Assembly: GCA_034780895.1 (NCBI GenBank)
Contig: JAUZTB010000064.1
Span: forward strand, 75,155,143-75,219,142
DNA from: Rhynchobatus australiae
Taxonomy: Eukaryota
Direction: 5' to 3'
Length of the DNA: 64,000 bases
Of the stretch, positions 11,420 through 24,737 are shown one piece after another. The position numbers were made by a program, and so were the translations under genes. The stretch's first letter is position 1, and the number at the start of each line of letters is the position of its first letter. The notes under the pieces are model-generated. The model made no database searches. It was not told where the DNA came from and saw only the letters and a program-made list of their open reading frames with translations.

Positions 11420-11720
11420 AGCTGATGACTGGCCTGTGCTATTCCTAGATCTCAGCTGGAACACTGGTGGGAAATTGCAAGTGGCCTCAGTTTACTGACT
11501 CGGCAGCAGGTGGTGGGAGGGGGAAATAAATAAATTCACTACTGTTCTTCCTTCTGATCACAGCCACACAATGAAAAGAGTCTTGTTCTAAAGATCAACT
11601 GAAGACCCGTCTCATCTATGATGCTCAGCATGCTCAAGTTGCTTGTTGACACAGCTTAGATCCATGCAAAACAGCAAGTCTGGGGGAGATGCAAAAGAGC
11701 TTCGGGCACCCCCAACACTG
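11420..11720 (+). mobile_element. Old dispersed SINE-like repeat (unnamed family)
   Basis: ggcctgtgctattcctagatctcagctgg...aagtggcctcag...gggagggggaaa...ctgatcacagcc. Weak similarity to 16590-16825, 19565-19820, 63100-63270 and 200-252. Confidence 0.45.
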
Positions 11721-11911
11721 CAAATGTGACTGCATTCCAAGAATTAATTATTTGTTACAAAGGTTGCAAAAGATGCCACCATTTTTTTTCTTTTAGATAG
11801 GTTCTTTAAATCATCTTTTGAGAAGAGGATGTAAAAACTGAAAACAGAAAGCTGCATTTATATTTAGTATTGCTGACGTGCTTAGGATGCCAAAGACCAC
11901 CACTTTAACAT

Positions 11912-12005
11912 TTCCGGCAAAAGGTCATTGGCCTAAAAGNNNNNNNNNNNNNNNNNNNNNNNNATGCTGCCTAATCTGTTGAGTATTTCCTGCAGTTTCT
12001 GTTTT
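11912..12005 (+). mobile_element. Penelope-like terminal fragment (family B)
   Basis: aaaggtcattggcctaaaag..atgctgcctaatctgttgagtatttcctgcagtttctgtttt, homologous to 44100-44190 and 53306-53402. Confidence 0.6.
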
Positions 12006-12044
12006 CTTTCACTTTTGAAGGTGGTAATTTTTGTTTAGTAGGCA

Positions 12045-12355
12045 ACAGCAAGGACCCACAAATTGTAATGAGAAAAAAATCCAAGTAATTAACTTTAGTA
12101 CAATTGGCTGAGTGACAGATATTGGTTTGGATCAGCAACTGAACTTGGGCATAGATACTCAACTCTTTTCTAAATAATGTAATTGGATCTCTATATCCAA
12201 ATGAGGCCTTGATTTAACATCTCAGTTAAAAGTTGGTGATCTGATGATGTCATACAACCTCGAAGTTTAAACCATAATTATTAATTCATTTCTTGGAATG
12301 TTGCTTGAATCCATGGCATCTGAGTAAGAGTTGAGATAGCTTCCAATGGGCCACA
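12045..12355 (-). mobile_element. Deu-domain SINE, decayed
   Basis: acagcaaggacccacaaa...gaggccttgatttaacatctcagttaaaag...gcttgaatccatggcatctgagtaagag parallels 24420-24715. Confidence 0.55.
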
Positions 12356-14490
12356 AGAAATTAGAAAGTTAACTTTATTTTTAAGGTTACCTCACCAAAA
12401 ATTCCACAACTGTGAACATCTAATTTTATAAACAATATTCTTCTGCACAAATGATCTCCTACATGGTATAAAATAAGAGACTTCTCATGGGCAACAGGGA
12501 TAACACAGACAGAAGGAAAATGACAGGCTCCCAACAGCTACCCTTCTAATACCTGATTCTGATCGCAAATTCATTTGGTTCTTATGCCCCTGCAAAGGAA
12601 AACCTTCGTAATCAACCCTGTGTGACAAAAACTGTTAGCCATCTATCATTCACAATTTGTTGGTGCTGCTGGTTCTTCAGAAGGCACCATATGGGATACC
12701 AGCAACTGCCATCAGTAATTATAAACTGGGTGGCGCAGAGTTTTGCTTAATTCCTCTGGCAAAGTGCAAGATGGTCAGCAATATTACAGAAAATACCTCT
12801 CGTTACCAGACAGAAATATTTTGACAATTTTCACAATTATAACATTTAGAAAATCTCTCTGTTGACATTTTCCATGTATCTCCCTTAACTGGATTTGGAG
12901 GACTCTTGGCAACCAGTGGCTGATGTTATCATCTCGGAAGGAAATGGTTGGAGATTGTCTTAGAACTTAGTAATATGATTTGACAATAAAAACTACCTTT
13001 TCAACCCTATGCAGTAGTTTCATTATCTTAGTCTTGTACCTGCTGAATATTTTTAACAGATAAGGAAATACAAATTTGCAGAAGCTTACAAGGCAACTTA
13101 AGAGAAAGGCATTAAATTTTTTTAAAAATTGCAAACTAGAACCATTGCTTAAAAGTTGATGCAGTGTTTTCATAATAGTCAGAACTTCTTGTGTTTTCCA
13201 TGCCTCTTGTACATCTTAATTTATCGCAATGGTCCAGTTTCAGTCTCATTTTTTCTCATAGATCCTGATGGTTCTGAAATTTCTACATCTTGTTCTTTCA
13301 TGGTCCTGGTCATCTTTTTACTATAATACACACTGTCAATAAGATCAAGCGCCTGATTATAATTCTTCTCACAACCTCATATTCCGTCATTATTCCTAGT
13401 TGCTGCAAAATAGTGCTTCTGAGTTCCTTCACTCCCAAATGCTGCACGTGCAGTCAGTGAGTCCGTACAGTGCTCACTGGAGCTCCAGATTTTCCTTCAG
13501 TCCTATCCCTACTCTTACCATGTTGTCCTTTATTTCTTCTCACTCCTGCTCTGCACAAATGCCCTTTGAGTGTTCAATGCACTTGGTGCTCCTGTAGAGA
13601 AATCTTTTGAAGCTTCAAAGTTAAATTGCTGACACTCTGCTGATGCAAGATTTAAACCGGATGTTTCAGGAATCAGAATGAGAGTTGAGCATGTCAGAAA
13701 CATTAGGGTACCACTATGTGAGAAATGGAGCTCTGACAAATTGCTCATGAAAAGATGAAGGGAAAAGGAACTACCTTGCTAACTTTGATGGCTTATGTTG
13801 AGAAAGGACTAAAAAGGGAATGTAAAATATAAAACAGCCGTGCTATTCAAACCCCAGTAGCTTTCCAATTAAAGTTACGGATGCTTCCGCCTAGCAAAAG
13901 CAAGTTTCTTCCCAGTCCAAGTATGTCTCACCGGCTGTGTGAACATTCAATCCTCCTGCAAAGGCAAGGCATATCCTCAAGAATTACAACTGATGTTCTG
14001 GCAGCAGCAACAGGATCCTCGAGTTTAATGGCTGAAGCAGCCAAAATTATATCATTCCTGAAGTGAGACTGAGAGTAAAAAGACTACCACTGACAGCAGA
14101 GAGTGACTGTGGACATTAAGAGCAGAACGTCGTGCCTGCAAGACTGGAGNNNNNNNNNNNNNNNNNNNNNNNNNNNNNNNNNNNNNNNNNNNNNNNNNNN
14201 NNNNNNNNNNNNNNNNNNNNNNNNNNNNNNNNNNNNNNNNNNNNNNNNNAGGAATCAAAGTTAATGCAAGAGGATTAGTGCTGTGTGCACAGTAACATGT
14301 CAAGCGATAGCACAAAATGTACCAGCTAAGCATAAAAACTAGAGATCTTCCTTAATGCTCCTGTGTCTTCTGGCACACAACTACAGAGCAGATGTTTTTT
14401 AAGTGATTCTATTTTAAATGAGATACTCCAGGTACAGAAGAAGGGAAGCAGTGACTGACATGCAGAATGTGAGATAATCCAGCTTTTCTG

Positions 14491-14848
14491 GTCATGGTCG
14501 TAGTGTCACAGAGAGATACAGCATGGAGACAGGCCCTTCAGCCCATCAATTGCTGCACTGACCATCAACCACCATTTACACTAATTCTGCACTAATCCCA
14601 TTTTTTAATTCTCCCACATACTCATCAACTCTCCCCAGATTCTTCTACTCACTAACACACTAGGGGAAACTTACAGTGACCAATTATCCTACTGACCCAT
14701 GCAATTTTGGGATGTGGGAGGAAACTGGAACACCAAGGGGAAATCCATGCAGTCACAGGGAGAATATGCAAACTCCTGACTGACAGCACCAGAGATCAGG
14801 ATGGAGCTGTGTGGCAGTAGCTCTGCTAGCAGTGTCACTGTGTCATCC
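14491..14848 (-). mobile_element. V-SINE (HE1-like), near full length
   Basis: gagagatacagcatggagacaggcccttcagccc...gggatgtgggaggaaactgg...gcagtagctctgctagcagtgtcactgtg. Confidence 0.85.
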
Positions 14849-15968
14849 AAAGAGTTAAAGATGAATCTGAATTCTTAGTGCACATGGTAGCCATTACTTA
14901 GAAATGACTATAAGATGGTCAGGACTGCGAACTAAATGAATAGGTTTATCAGGAGTATAGGNNNNNNNNNNNNNNNNNNNNNNNNNNNNNNNNNNNNNNN
15001 NNNNNNNNNNNNNNNNNNNNNNNNNNNNNNNNNNNNNNNNNNNNNNNNNNNNNNNNNNNNNNNNNNNNNNNNNNNNNNNNNNNNNNNNNNNNNNNNNNNN
15101 NNNNNNNNNNNNNNNNNNNNNNNNNNNNNNNNNNNNNNNNNNNNNNNNNNNNNNNNNNNNNNNNNNNNNNNNNNNNNNNNNNNNNNNNNNNNNNNNNNNN
15201 NNNNNNNNNNNNNNNNNNNNNNNNAAAAGCAAGAAAACTATCACTAAGAAAAAGGCTCGCCAATATATCTGTGCATACATGTGAATCCAGGACAGTATGC
15301 TCATATCAATTTGTACATACACACAGTTCTATCTGGAAGTGTGCATGTGCATATGTATAAATGCATAACTACTTATGTTTAAACAAATGCAGGCAATGAG
15401 GAAGGAAGGGGTGATTGAAAATATCAGAGATAGTTGGAAGCCACCCAGAGACTGGACACCCACCTAGTAAATTTTGAGATTTGAAACTCTGCAGATGACA
15501 CAGCTATGTCTGCAACTGCTTGTAGTGTTTAATTACTTCTAAAGTACAGTGCAGAATGTACAACACAGCAGTGTGCTCTGCACATACAATCCAATGTCAC
15601 AATTTGACAATCTGGCTACATTTATCACCAGCACAATCTGACAGATTAAACACAGCTGTTTCAAACGTTATTGCATTTTGAGCTGCCAGGAACCTCAGCA
15701 TTAAAAGTTATCATTTTGAAGACAAGTTGCGGTTGCCTTTATATCATTGAAAATACAACATTCTAATTTTCCACTAAGTAACCTCATTGGAAAACTCAGA
15801 TTGCTAACATATCGCTTCCTCTGGTCAGGCCAAGTAGAGTGTCATCGTAAAGTCCTTCAGGGATTTTCATCCAATTAAGACATTTCATATCAGAACTACA
15901 ATCTAATCTGATAATGAGAAGGCTAATTTATATCAATCACAAACAGAACTCAGAATGCTGAATTTAGG

Positions 15969-16375
15969 CCATAAGACCACAAAATATAGGAACAGAATTA
16001 GACTGTTTGGCCCATCGAGTCTGTTCTGCCATTCAATCATGGCTGAATTGTTTTAACTCCATTTTCCCGCTTCTCCCCATAACCCCCTTACCAATCAAGA
16101 ACTTATCAAACTCTGCCTTAAATACACCCAGTGAGTTGGCCTCCATAGTCCCCTGTGGCAATGAATTCCACAGTTTCACCACTGTCTAACTGAAGAAATT
16201 CCTCCTCAGCTCAATTTTAAAGACACATCCCTTTATTCTGAGGCTGTGCCCTCAGATCCTAGACTCTCCTACTAATGGATACATCCTTTCCACGTCCACT
16301 CTATCCAGGCCTTTNNNNNNNNNNNNNNNNNNNNNNNNNNNNNNNNNNNNNNNNNNNNNNATCCTTCTGAACTTC
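15969..16375 (-). mobile_element. CR1 LINE 3' end
   Basis: ccataagaccacaaaatataggaacagaattag...ctgtggcaatgaattccacagtttcaccac...gaagaaattcctcctc...tccactctatccaggcc. Confidence 0.85.
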
Positions 16376-16589
16376 ATCAATAGACAACAATAGACATCAA
16401 TTTAGCGACATTGTGCTTGACCACATTGGAAGAATCAAAATCTACTTCTTTTCAGAATCTGTACTTTACAAGAATTCTTGAAAGTTTTTTTTTTAAATTA
16501 AATCTGTGGGGTAACATTATGTATTAGAGAAATCAAAAAAAAATTATCCTTCCTCATCTCATAAAAGTGGTTGGGTAGATGGTGAAACA

Positions 16590-16825
16590 TGTAATCCAGG
16601 GAGTTCAATCACAAATCTGCATCTTACTCTGGGCTTTAATATTAGCATACAATGATCAATCTCAGTATTATGATGCTGAGGGGTAGGGTTAAAAGGGCAC
16701 AGGATCAGTCAACTATCTTATGACGACAACTAAAAAGTGAAAATTTGGACACCAGCTGAGAACAAGACTACATTCAATGCTGATGTCCCCATGGTCAATT
16801 AGCCTGCCATACATGAGGATCAAGA
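16590..16825 (+). mobile_element. Old dispersed SINE-like repeat (unnamed family)
   Basis: tggacaccagctgagaacaagac...tgatgtccccatggtcaattagcctgcc is similar to other copies of this family. Confidence 0.4.
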
Positions 16826-18689
16826 ATCACAAATAAGTCCTGTTCAGGGTGCTAGAGGGCTGTCTTTACCCATGGATAGCCTGGTATGCGAGACTGGATT
16901 CAGAAGAGCAGGAGCTAGAACTNNNNNNNNNNNNNNNNNNNNNNNNNNNNNNNNNNNNNNNNNNNNNNNNNNNNNNNNNNNNNNNNNNNNNNNNNNNNNN
17001 NNNNNNNNNNNNNNNNNNNNNNGTCTTTACCCATGGATAGCCTGGTATGCGTGACTGGCTTCAGAAGAGCAGGAGCTAGAACTGATGGCTCTTCAAAAGT
17101 ATTTTGCAGGCTGCAAAACACTTCAATCTGTCACAAGGTGGTGAAAGACCTGCATATAAATGCAATTTTTTTTTAATAAAGCTAAGTGTTTTGAAAAAGA
17201 AATTTCTTTGAAAATAATTAAATTTCTCTCAGTTTTCTGTATAAATACATCCACATCTTTTTCTACAAACAGAACTCTTCTCCAAGGAACAGGGATCTGA
17301 AATTATCCAGAAATAGAAAATGTGTTTAGATATGCTATTATGTCATATTTATAAACTCAAATGAAGATCCATTTCACAAAGAGTCTTCTTTCAGACCACT
17401 TCCTAAAACAAATTCCGTTAGCTCTTGGTTTTGTCCGGCAGCTCAACGTCCCTCCCAAGTGCTGAAAGCAGCACATCGAACAGGTGCACAGATCTCCTGC
17501 AATGACTGTTAACCAAACTGTGTTGTCATGTAGTATGACGGGAATAAAAGAAACTAGCTTTAATTAGCGATAAATCAAACTGGTTCAAATGTTATGGTAC
17601 TATAAACTGTGCACACCTGGAGTGCCCTTTAAACAATTGCACACTATAATAAAATGAAAGCATTTACAAGGTCAAAATCTGGATTGTCAGAGAATTTCAA
17701 AGGCCACGGCCCACCTCGCCATTAGCAAGGAGAGGTGCTGAGCTTTCTGAAAGGCATGAGATGAGCTTTGTGTTACTTCACTCCAAAGGAGAGAAGATAT
17801 AGTCTTGTCATTGTTATTTCCAACCCACTCTGTCAACACAGTCATTAATCAGTGATAGGTTTCATCCAAACTTAGAAGGTAGGTTCAAAGGGTTTACAGG
17901 TCAGCTGAATTGTGAGATTGGGGCTGAATTATGTCATCTTTTTTTTTAAAAACAAAAAAATCTCTTCTGAATTGTGCAGTTAACTTCAGTGTGTCACTAT
18001 CCTTTTCTGGGATTAAAACTATTTTATTCTGTCTGTTTATTGGATGCCAAAATTAGTCATTTCTTCCAAGCTCTTAAAACAACCATCTTTCAACATTCAT
18101 TTGCAAGATCTGATCACAATTTATTTGTTTTGAATAAATGAATTTGTTCTTGCCAAGCTCTATTCAGCATATCAGAGCATTCTGAAAAAGAGGAGATTTC
18201 TAGTGAATTATTGATCAACAATCCATAGAATCACGAGGTTTCAGTTCCAGGAATTTGAAGCCATGTTATTGATCACATTAATTATTGTCAGCCTGCATAA
18301 TACACTGCTCTGTGCAATACCGATCATGAATAATTCAGTCACTTTGAGCACAGCAAACATGTTTCAGTCAAGTGTACTAAACTGCTTCATCAACACAACA
18401 GATTTAATAATCAATTAGAATTAGCTATCCACAGTGTGAGCACAATCACGATTCTTGATGATATTCCCAGAAACTTGTAGATTCTTCACAACAGTGCCAC
18501 AGCTTTCAGTTTCGTCCTCTACTGACATTAAAATATCATGGCACATCCATCTTACTCATGTTTTGGAAATAGCAGCTGGTCAATTTAACTTAGAGATCTT
18601 CTTTCTCCACTTTCCATCAATGTAGTTTAGAAGGACTTTAAGATGAAAATTTTCAGAGTTCCTTCTCTCTGCTCCTCACCTGCTGACAG

Positions 18690-18985
18690 GCTGATGCCGC
18701 AGTTAGAGCTGTTGCCTCACACCTCCAGGGACCCAAGGTTGATCTTGATTTCGTCTACCGTCTGTGTGGAATCTGCATATTCTTTCCATGACTATGTAGG
18801 TTTCTGCTGGTTCCCTTGGCTACCTCCCACATTCCAAAGGTTTGCTGGTAGATCGATTGGCTAATGTAGATGTGGCAAAAGAACAAGAGGGGAATCGATG
18901 GGCATCTGAGAGAGAAGAGGTTACCTTGCCAGGATCCAGCATGGATCCAATGGGCTGAATGTTCTCCTTCTGTGATGCAGCATAT
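18690..18985 (+). mobile_element. Diverged V-SINE
   Basis: agttagagctgttgcctcacacctccagggacccaaggttgatc...gtctgtgtggaatctgcatattct...cctcccacattccaaag...aatgggctgaatgttctccttctgtg. Confidence 0.75.
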
Positions 18986-19020
18986 AAGTAGAGAAAAGAA
19001 AACTCCATACCACCACGAGA

Positions 19021-19140
19021 TCTGAAACACACACTTCTTTCACCAAGCTTTTGGTTACATCTCCTAATCTGTCCTTCTTTACCCAGTATCTATTTTTTGT
19101 CCAGTTAAGGCACCTGGGGTATCTTTTCAAGTGAAATAAA
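19021..19140 (+). mobile_element. L2 LINE 3' fragment
   Basis: cacttctttcaccaagcttttggttacatctcctaat...aaggcacctgggg, similar to the reverse complement of 21462-21720. Confidence 0.55.
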
Positions 19141-19217
19141 ACTGAAGTAGTTAACTTTGTGTTACTGATAGGAGTCACATCCAGCCATATCGGCAAACTC
19201 TGCCAGATTCAGAGATG

Positions 19218-19554
19218 AGTGACACAGCGAGTGAAGCTTCTGCCTCATAAATGCAGTGACCCAGGTTCAACCTTGACTTCTGGTGCTCTGTGTGTATGTG
19301 GAGTTTGCACATTCGCCCTGTGACTGCACGGATTGCCTCCTAAATCCAAAAGATGTGGAGATGGTAGGTTAATCCCCTAGTGTGTTAATGAGTAGCATAA
19401 TCTTGGACAGTTGATAGGAATGCGGTAAGAATAAAATGGGATGCGGTAAGAATAAAATGGGATTAGTGTAGGATTAGTGTAATTGGGTGATTGATAGTCG
19501 GCATGGACACGGCGGGCCAAAGGGCCTGCTTCCGTGCTGCATGACTGTGACTCT
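19218..19554 (+). mobile_element. V-SINE (HE1-like) with internal 21-bp tandem duplication (19420-19461)
   Basis: tgcctcataaatgcagtgacccaggttcaaccttgac...ggagtttgcacattc...(atgcggtaagaataaaatggg)x2...gggcctgcttccgtgctgcatgactgtgactct. Confidence 0.85.
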
Positions 19555-19564
19555 GTCTGTTTGG

Positions 19565-19820
19565 CTCAGTAACCATACAGATAAAGTTCTTAGCTGGTGC
19601 TGAGTCGGAGGTATACTCAGGAAATATCAGTTAGCTTCTTGCTGTCAACCAATTTCCAAGTTACTCTGCTGGAAACTATGATCATATATGGATATCAATT
19701 GCGGATAGGTTTCATATCTCCTGCAGTCAAGCTGCCTACAAATGGTCACATATAGACAACTATTATCAGGGTGTGATAACAGAGAGTATCATCCATTTAC
19801 AGTTTTATAACCACAGTGGA
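19565..19820 (+). mobile_element. Old dispersed SINE-like repeat (unnamed family)
   Basis: ctggtgctgagtcgg...ctctgctggaaac...tggatatcaattgcggatagg...cagtcaagctgcct; weak similarity to the family at 11420. Confidence 0.35.
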
Positions 19821-21461
19821 ATTCAAGCAGTAAGAAGAGGATAGAGGGAATCATAAAGAACCAGAACAAGGACAACTATCGTGGAGCTTTGTACTAATGT
19901 ACGTCAAAATTCTGTCATGCAGTCAGTTAACAGAAATAAAAAAAAGTAAAGCGCGTGCAAAGAAAATTAATAATGAAACTGACCCTGGTCAAAAATTTCA
20001 AATTCCATTCGGATGTAGGGCCAAGTTCCCTCTTTGACCATTACTGGAATACTGAATGCAAATCACACTTGAAATTGCACTGGTTAGAATAGGTCAGACT
20101 TCCAGTTTATGCTAAACTCTTTTCGCATAATCACTAATACAAATCCTTCCATACACAAGAACAATCAGCAGCATAATTATTTACTTTTTTCTTCAAGTTA
20201 TAATATAATTATTGACATATTTAAGACTGGCAATTTAGCGCAATGCTGAACAGGTGTTTATCACAAAAATAATCATTCTGATAAGTGTCAGAACAATTTG
20301 ATTTCAAACCTTAGAACATGCCTTTAAAAATCTGTGCTAAACAATCTAAATTTTATTTGCTTACATGGATTACTCTGCTGTGCACTGTCCAAACACAAGT
20401 ACTATTCTCCCAAGTTCGATTCCAAGCTGATATTAGTCTGTTGTATGTGAAATCCTGCATCAAGCCTCTGAGACCCAGATACAGGAATGGAGAAGTAAAA
20501 TCAAAAGGGATTCCTATTTCTTATTTCATCCCACTGACATCTGCTAGAATGTGCCCTTGTATGGTTAATGGCTGCAGGTCTAATCAGAGACAGCTGTCAT
20601 CCTCAACGTGATAAATATTTTGTTAAAACTCACTATCCAAGCACGCACAAGAAGAAAGGGCACTTGATTGAAGGAGGAGAACCAAACACCAGCAAGAAGC
20701 AGGAGGATGACAAGGAATGACAATTGTTGGGAGTGGGAATGGGGAAGTGGGGGAGGTTACCAGCAGCTCAATAGTTGGCCTTTATGTAGGGCTCATTATT
20801 TACTGTCCACTAGCCCAAATTCCAATCTCCGGTGCCCCTCCCCATGCTCTGCCTTTCTGTTAGGTTTGTCACCATTGTTTGTTTGATTTGAGCAGGGGAG
20901 GAGTACTTTCACCCTGATGTTTTAGCAGGGCCATTTCACATTAGCTATTATCCAGATGTGCGTGAAGTGAGCAAGCAACTGTTGACTCTTAGCATCTTTG
21001 CCCAAATAGGTTGTGTTTGAAGATATAGTTTACAACGTTTGAAAATAAAATCCTCTTTAGCTTATGGTACATAATTATGTGACCTCACTCTGCTAAAACT
21101 CATAGCCAGGAAGCCACAATGTCAGCTAGAAGTATTGACTAAATATTAAAAAAACTGGTTCACTGAGTTCCACTCAACATAGGGAGATTCATTCAAAACA
21201 AACAGATGAATCGACCAATCAATGAGTGCACTGACTTCCACATGAGTATCAAACTATAGTGAACAAAAATATTCAACAGATTTCTGGCTGTTTGATTGTT
21301 CCAAAATTTCTGGGACTCAGAGTCAATGAACAAAACTAAGTATTCAATACTATCATTACATTATGGCTGAATATTTCCACTCCTTTCACCAGCATTTTTA
21401 AAGCTAGTGAAGCAAATCATTAGCAACCATAAAGCGTTTGACCCGCTAAATGCCTGCATGG

Positions 21462-21805
21462 CAATAGCAACTTGCACTTATATGACACCTTAGATGTAGA
21501 AACACATCCCAAAGTGCTTCTCAGTAGCAAAATTAAACAATTTAAACAATTAAACAATTAAAACATTAAACAAGATTAATGTTGAATNNNNNNNNNNNNN
21601 NNNNNNNNNNNNNNNNNNNNNNNNNNNNNNNNNNNNNNNNNNNNNNNNNNNNNNNNNNNNNNNNNNNNNNNNNNNNNNNNNNNNNNNATGACTAAAGGCT
21701 CGGTCAAAGAGGTAATTTTTAAATAGTGTCTAAAAGGAGTAATTATAAAATCTAATTTATGGTGTAATCTTATACCTTCCCAACTAAACAGGAGGGGGAA
21801 TTCCA
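21462..21805 (-). mobile_element. L2 LINE 3' end, with short (ttaaacaa)n array at 21533-21572
   Basis: gcaacttgcacttatatgacacctt...catcccaaagtgcttc...atgactaaaggctcggtcaaagaggtaatttttaaatagtgtctaaaaggag...gagggggaattcca. Confidence 0.65.
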
Positions 21806-23150
21806 TCTTAATATTCAAAGAGCACACCGTACATTTGAATGCACTGATTCTGCTTTTGAGTCATGAAACAGCTGTAATGTAAACCAATTTCACAATGAGA
21901 TTTGAGCATCACGTTCTCAATGATAAATTTATGCGGGTCATCTTTTTGGGCCTCTTGATCTGGCCCACAAGCAACGCCAAGTCAAGAGTGGGCCCAGAAA
22001 ATTCTGACATCAGTGAACTATATATTGTATATATAATGGACCGACTTCTCAATCTTACTTATTAAACACCCTAGAAGAATACTGGTGAAATTGTCAGCGC
22101 AACAAGATTAGTGACTCACTCTTAATTAGGATCTTCCAAATATTTTATTCTTCCAAGTTTCATTTTGTTCAGGTTGATTTGCATTTATGGTTTCATAGTC
22201 TCAGAATTCTGATTCAGCAACCCAAAGAACATTACTCCCAGTTGAAGAACTAGAATATAGTATTCTGAACATGCCATGTGTCTTCCTGATTAATAAATCC
22301 TATGGTTCAAAGGGTTAAGAGCCAGTCCCACTTGTGGCAGCTCTAAATGAGCCGAGTTAAGGGGTGTTGCATTTCTTATGACTTTTTATTTTAGGAAGGC
22401 TGGCCACTGTAGAAGACTGCATCCACTAGATCCATTACTCACAGCTAAAAATAAATAGCCAGATGGGCAATCCCTATGCAATTACCTTACATGAAATGTT
22501 CACACATAAGTTGCAGGGTTCAGGAAACCAGTTAGGGCTCAGAACACTAGGTTCGATTAGAGGACTGATGCAAAGTATTTCAAAGGGTACCCTGCACTCA
22601 AAGCACTTGTGATCAAAGTCCCGACACTCCATTACCTATCAGTTGGAGCAGACTATGGCAGCTACAGCCTGAGTGCAGGATTCCAGCAGAACCTTCAGGA
22701 TTATTTTTAGAGCCAAATGCTCAAAGGGCACGGGACTGTGCTACAAAATATGACAGCCAATTCCATTCTTCAGCTTTCTCCACAGCAACCTTTGCCAGAA
22801 CTGGCTCACCATTCCAAAATTGGTTACAATCTACTAATGATTTCAATAACGACATTATGTCTGGAAAAGCAATGTCATTGCTGCTGCTTAGAGGGCATTA
22901 TATCGCACGTACCAGATAAATCTGGGCCAATGCTGATTGAAAATGTATCCTAGTGCTCACTGGGAACTGATAAAATTACTCTTACACTGTATCACAGTAA
23001 TATTTCTTTTCAAAAATAAATATTCCTACAGGATTAGCTGCACTGCTGTGTGACTGTGCAAATTTGTCAAACGTTGAGGCTTGTTAGCTAATACTAGAAT
23101 AATGGCAGTCTAACTATCAGCTAATGTAAATCAACCTCAGGCTTGTTTCT

Positions 23151-23235
23151 CAAGAATGTAAGAGAAAGGAGCGGAGGCCATTCAGCCCCTTGTGTCTGCT
23201 CTGTTTTTCAATAAGGTCGTGGTTGATCTTTTATC
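23151..23235 (-). mobile_element. CR1 3' tail, left half (continues at 25210)
   Basis: caagaatgtaagagaaaggagcggaggccattcagcccc...tcaataaggtcgtggttgatctttt parallels 15975-16050. Confidence 0.7.
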
Positions 23236-23900
23236 ACCAATAGCCTGTCCTGGTCCAAAGACATAGACACCAATGGCCAAGAAAGCTCACCAGCAGCTCT
23301 ACTTCCTCAGGAGGAAAAAGAAATTGGCATGTCCCCTTTGTCACTCACCAATTTTTATCGATGCACCATAGAAAGCATCCTTTCTGGATGCATCATGGCT
23401 TGGTATGGCAACTGCTTTGCCCAGGACCACAAGAAACTGCAGAGAGTTGTGGACACAGCCCAGCACATAACAGAAACCAGCCTCCCCTCCATGGACTCTG
23501 TCTATACCTCTCGCTGCCTTGGTGAAGCAGCCAGCATAATCAAAAACCCCACTCACCTGGGTTGTTCTCTCTTCTCCCATCAGGCAGAAGATACAGGAGC
23601 CTGAGGACACATACCACCAGGCTCAAGGACAGCTTCTATCCCACTGTGATAAGACTACTGAATGGTTCCCTTATACGATGAGATGGACTCTGACCTCACA
23701 ACCTACCTGTTATGACCTTGCACCTTAGTGTCCATCTGCAGTGCACTTCCCTTTAGCTTGACACTTTGTATTCTGTTATTGTTTTTTACCCTGTAATACC
23801 ACGATGCACTGTGTAATGGATTGATCAGTACCAACGGTATGCACGGCAAGTTTTTCATTGTACCACAGTACATGTGACAATAATAAACCAATAACAATAC
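23236..23900 (+). mobile_element. Rex1/Babar-clade LINE, 5'-truncated
   Basis: KKAHQQLYFLRR followed by ORF 23329..23604 (LTNFYRCTIESILSGCIMAWYGNC..DHKKLQRVVDTAQHIT..LPSMDSVYTSRC..AASIIKNPTH). 3'UTR ends gtacatgtgacaataataaaccaata. Confidence 0.9.
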
Positions 23901-24303
23901 TTTTGTATCTCTTCCTCTTGGTCAGGTTGTTAGTTAGAATGGCTACTGCAGATAAGCTAGGTATATTCCAAGAAAGTTAAGAAATCTTGTGCAAAGCTGC
24001 AGAAATAAATGTAAAATTGTTACTTCAAAAATTGGCATTGGTCTGAAAGAAGTTCATCTGGCAGAGTATTAAGCCATGGAATCCAAGAAGGTCCCAGGTG
24101 CCGTTGATGGATTGTGCCAAGATACATGATCCCAGCTAATAGTAATGGCCACGTTGTCCCTGGCTATGAAGGAGGAAAGATAAGCCAGGTGATTACTATC
24201 CAATCTCTGCTGAAAGTAGCTTATGTTGATTCCCATGGGGTTCTTAACTGGGCAGTATGGCAACATTTGTCTTACTGTGAATAGGCCCTTGTAGAAACCA
24301 AGG

Positions 24304-24715
24304 CTTGCATTTCTGTGATACCTTCACATCTTCAATGTCCCAAAGCACATTATGGCAAATTTCATACTTCAGAACTACAGTCACTGTGAAGCAGGGGGAT
24401 GCAGCAGCCAATGTGCATGCAGCAAGCTGCTACCTAGAGAAGTATAGCAATGATCAGAGAATGTGATTTATTGAGGTTTTATGATGGACAACAAGGACAT
24501 GAGAGAGCTCACCTATTTGGGGATGATTTTACAGTTGTAACTATTCTAGAGAGCATATGGGGCCTCAGTTTAATGTTTCATCCAAAGGTCCACAGCTCTG
24601 GCAGGGCATCACTCCCTTAATCTTGCATTTGGGTGTCAGCCTAGGTTATGTAGGCATCCCTCTGGTGTGGAATTGCAACCCAGAACCTTCAGATTGAGAG
24701 GCAAGGGTCTGCTAT
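24304..24715 (-). mobile_element. Deu-domain SINE (SacSINE1-like), near full length
   Basis: L2-type tail (cttgcatttctgtgatacctt...gtcccaaagcac), Deu-like core (ggggcctcagtttaatgtttcatccaaagg...cactcccttaatcttgcatttgggtgtcagcctag) and tRNA-like head (caacccagaaccttcagattgagaggc). Confidence 0.75.
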
Positions 24716-24737
24716 TTGTTGGTGACTGACTACTTGA

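Noticed and set aside
16862-17082. ~60-bp direct repeat
   Set aside because: Flanks a 100-N gap and differs by only two bases; probably the two haplotypes of one locus
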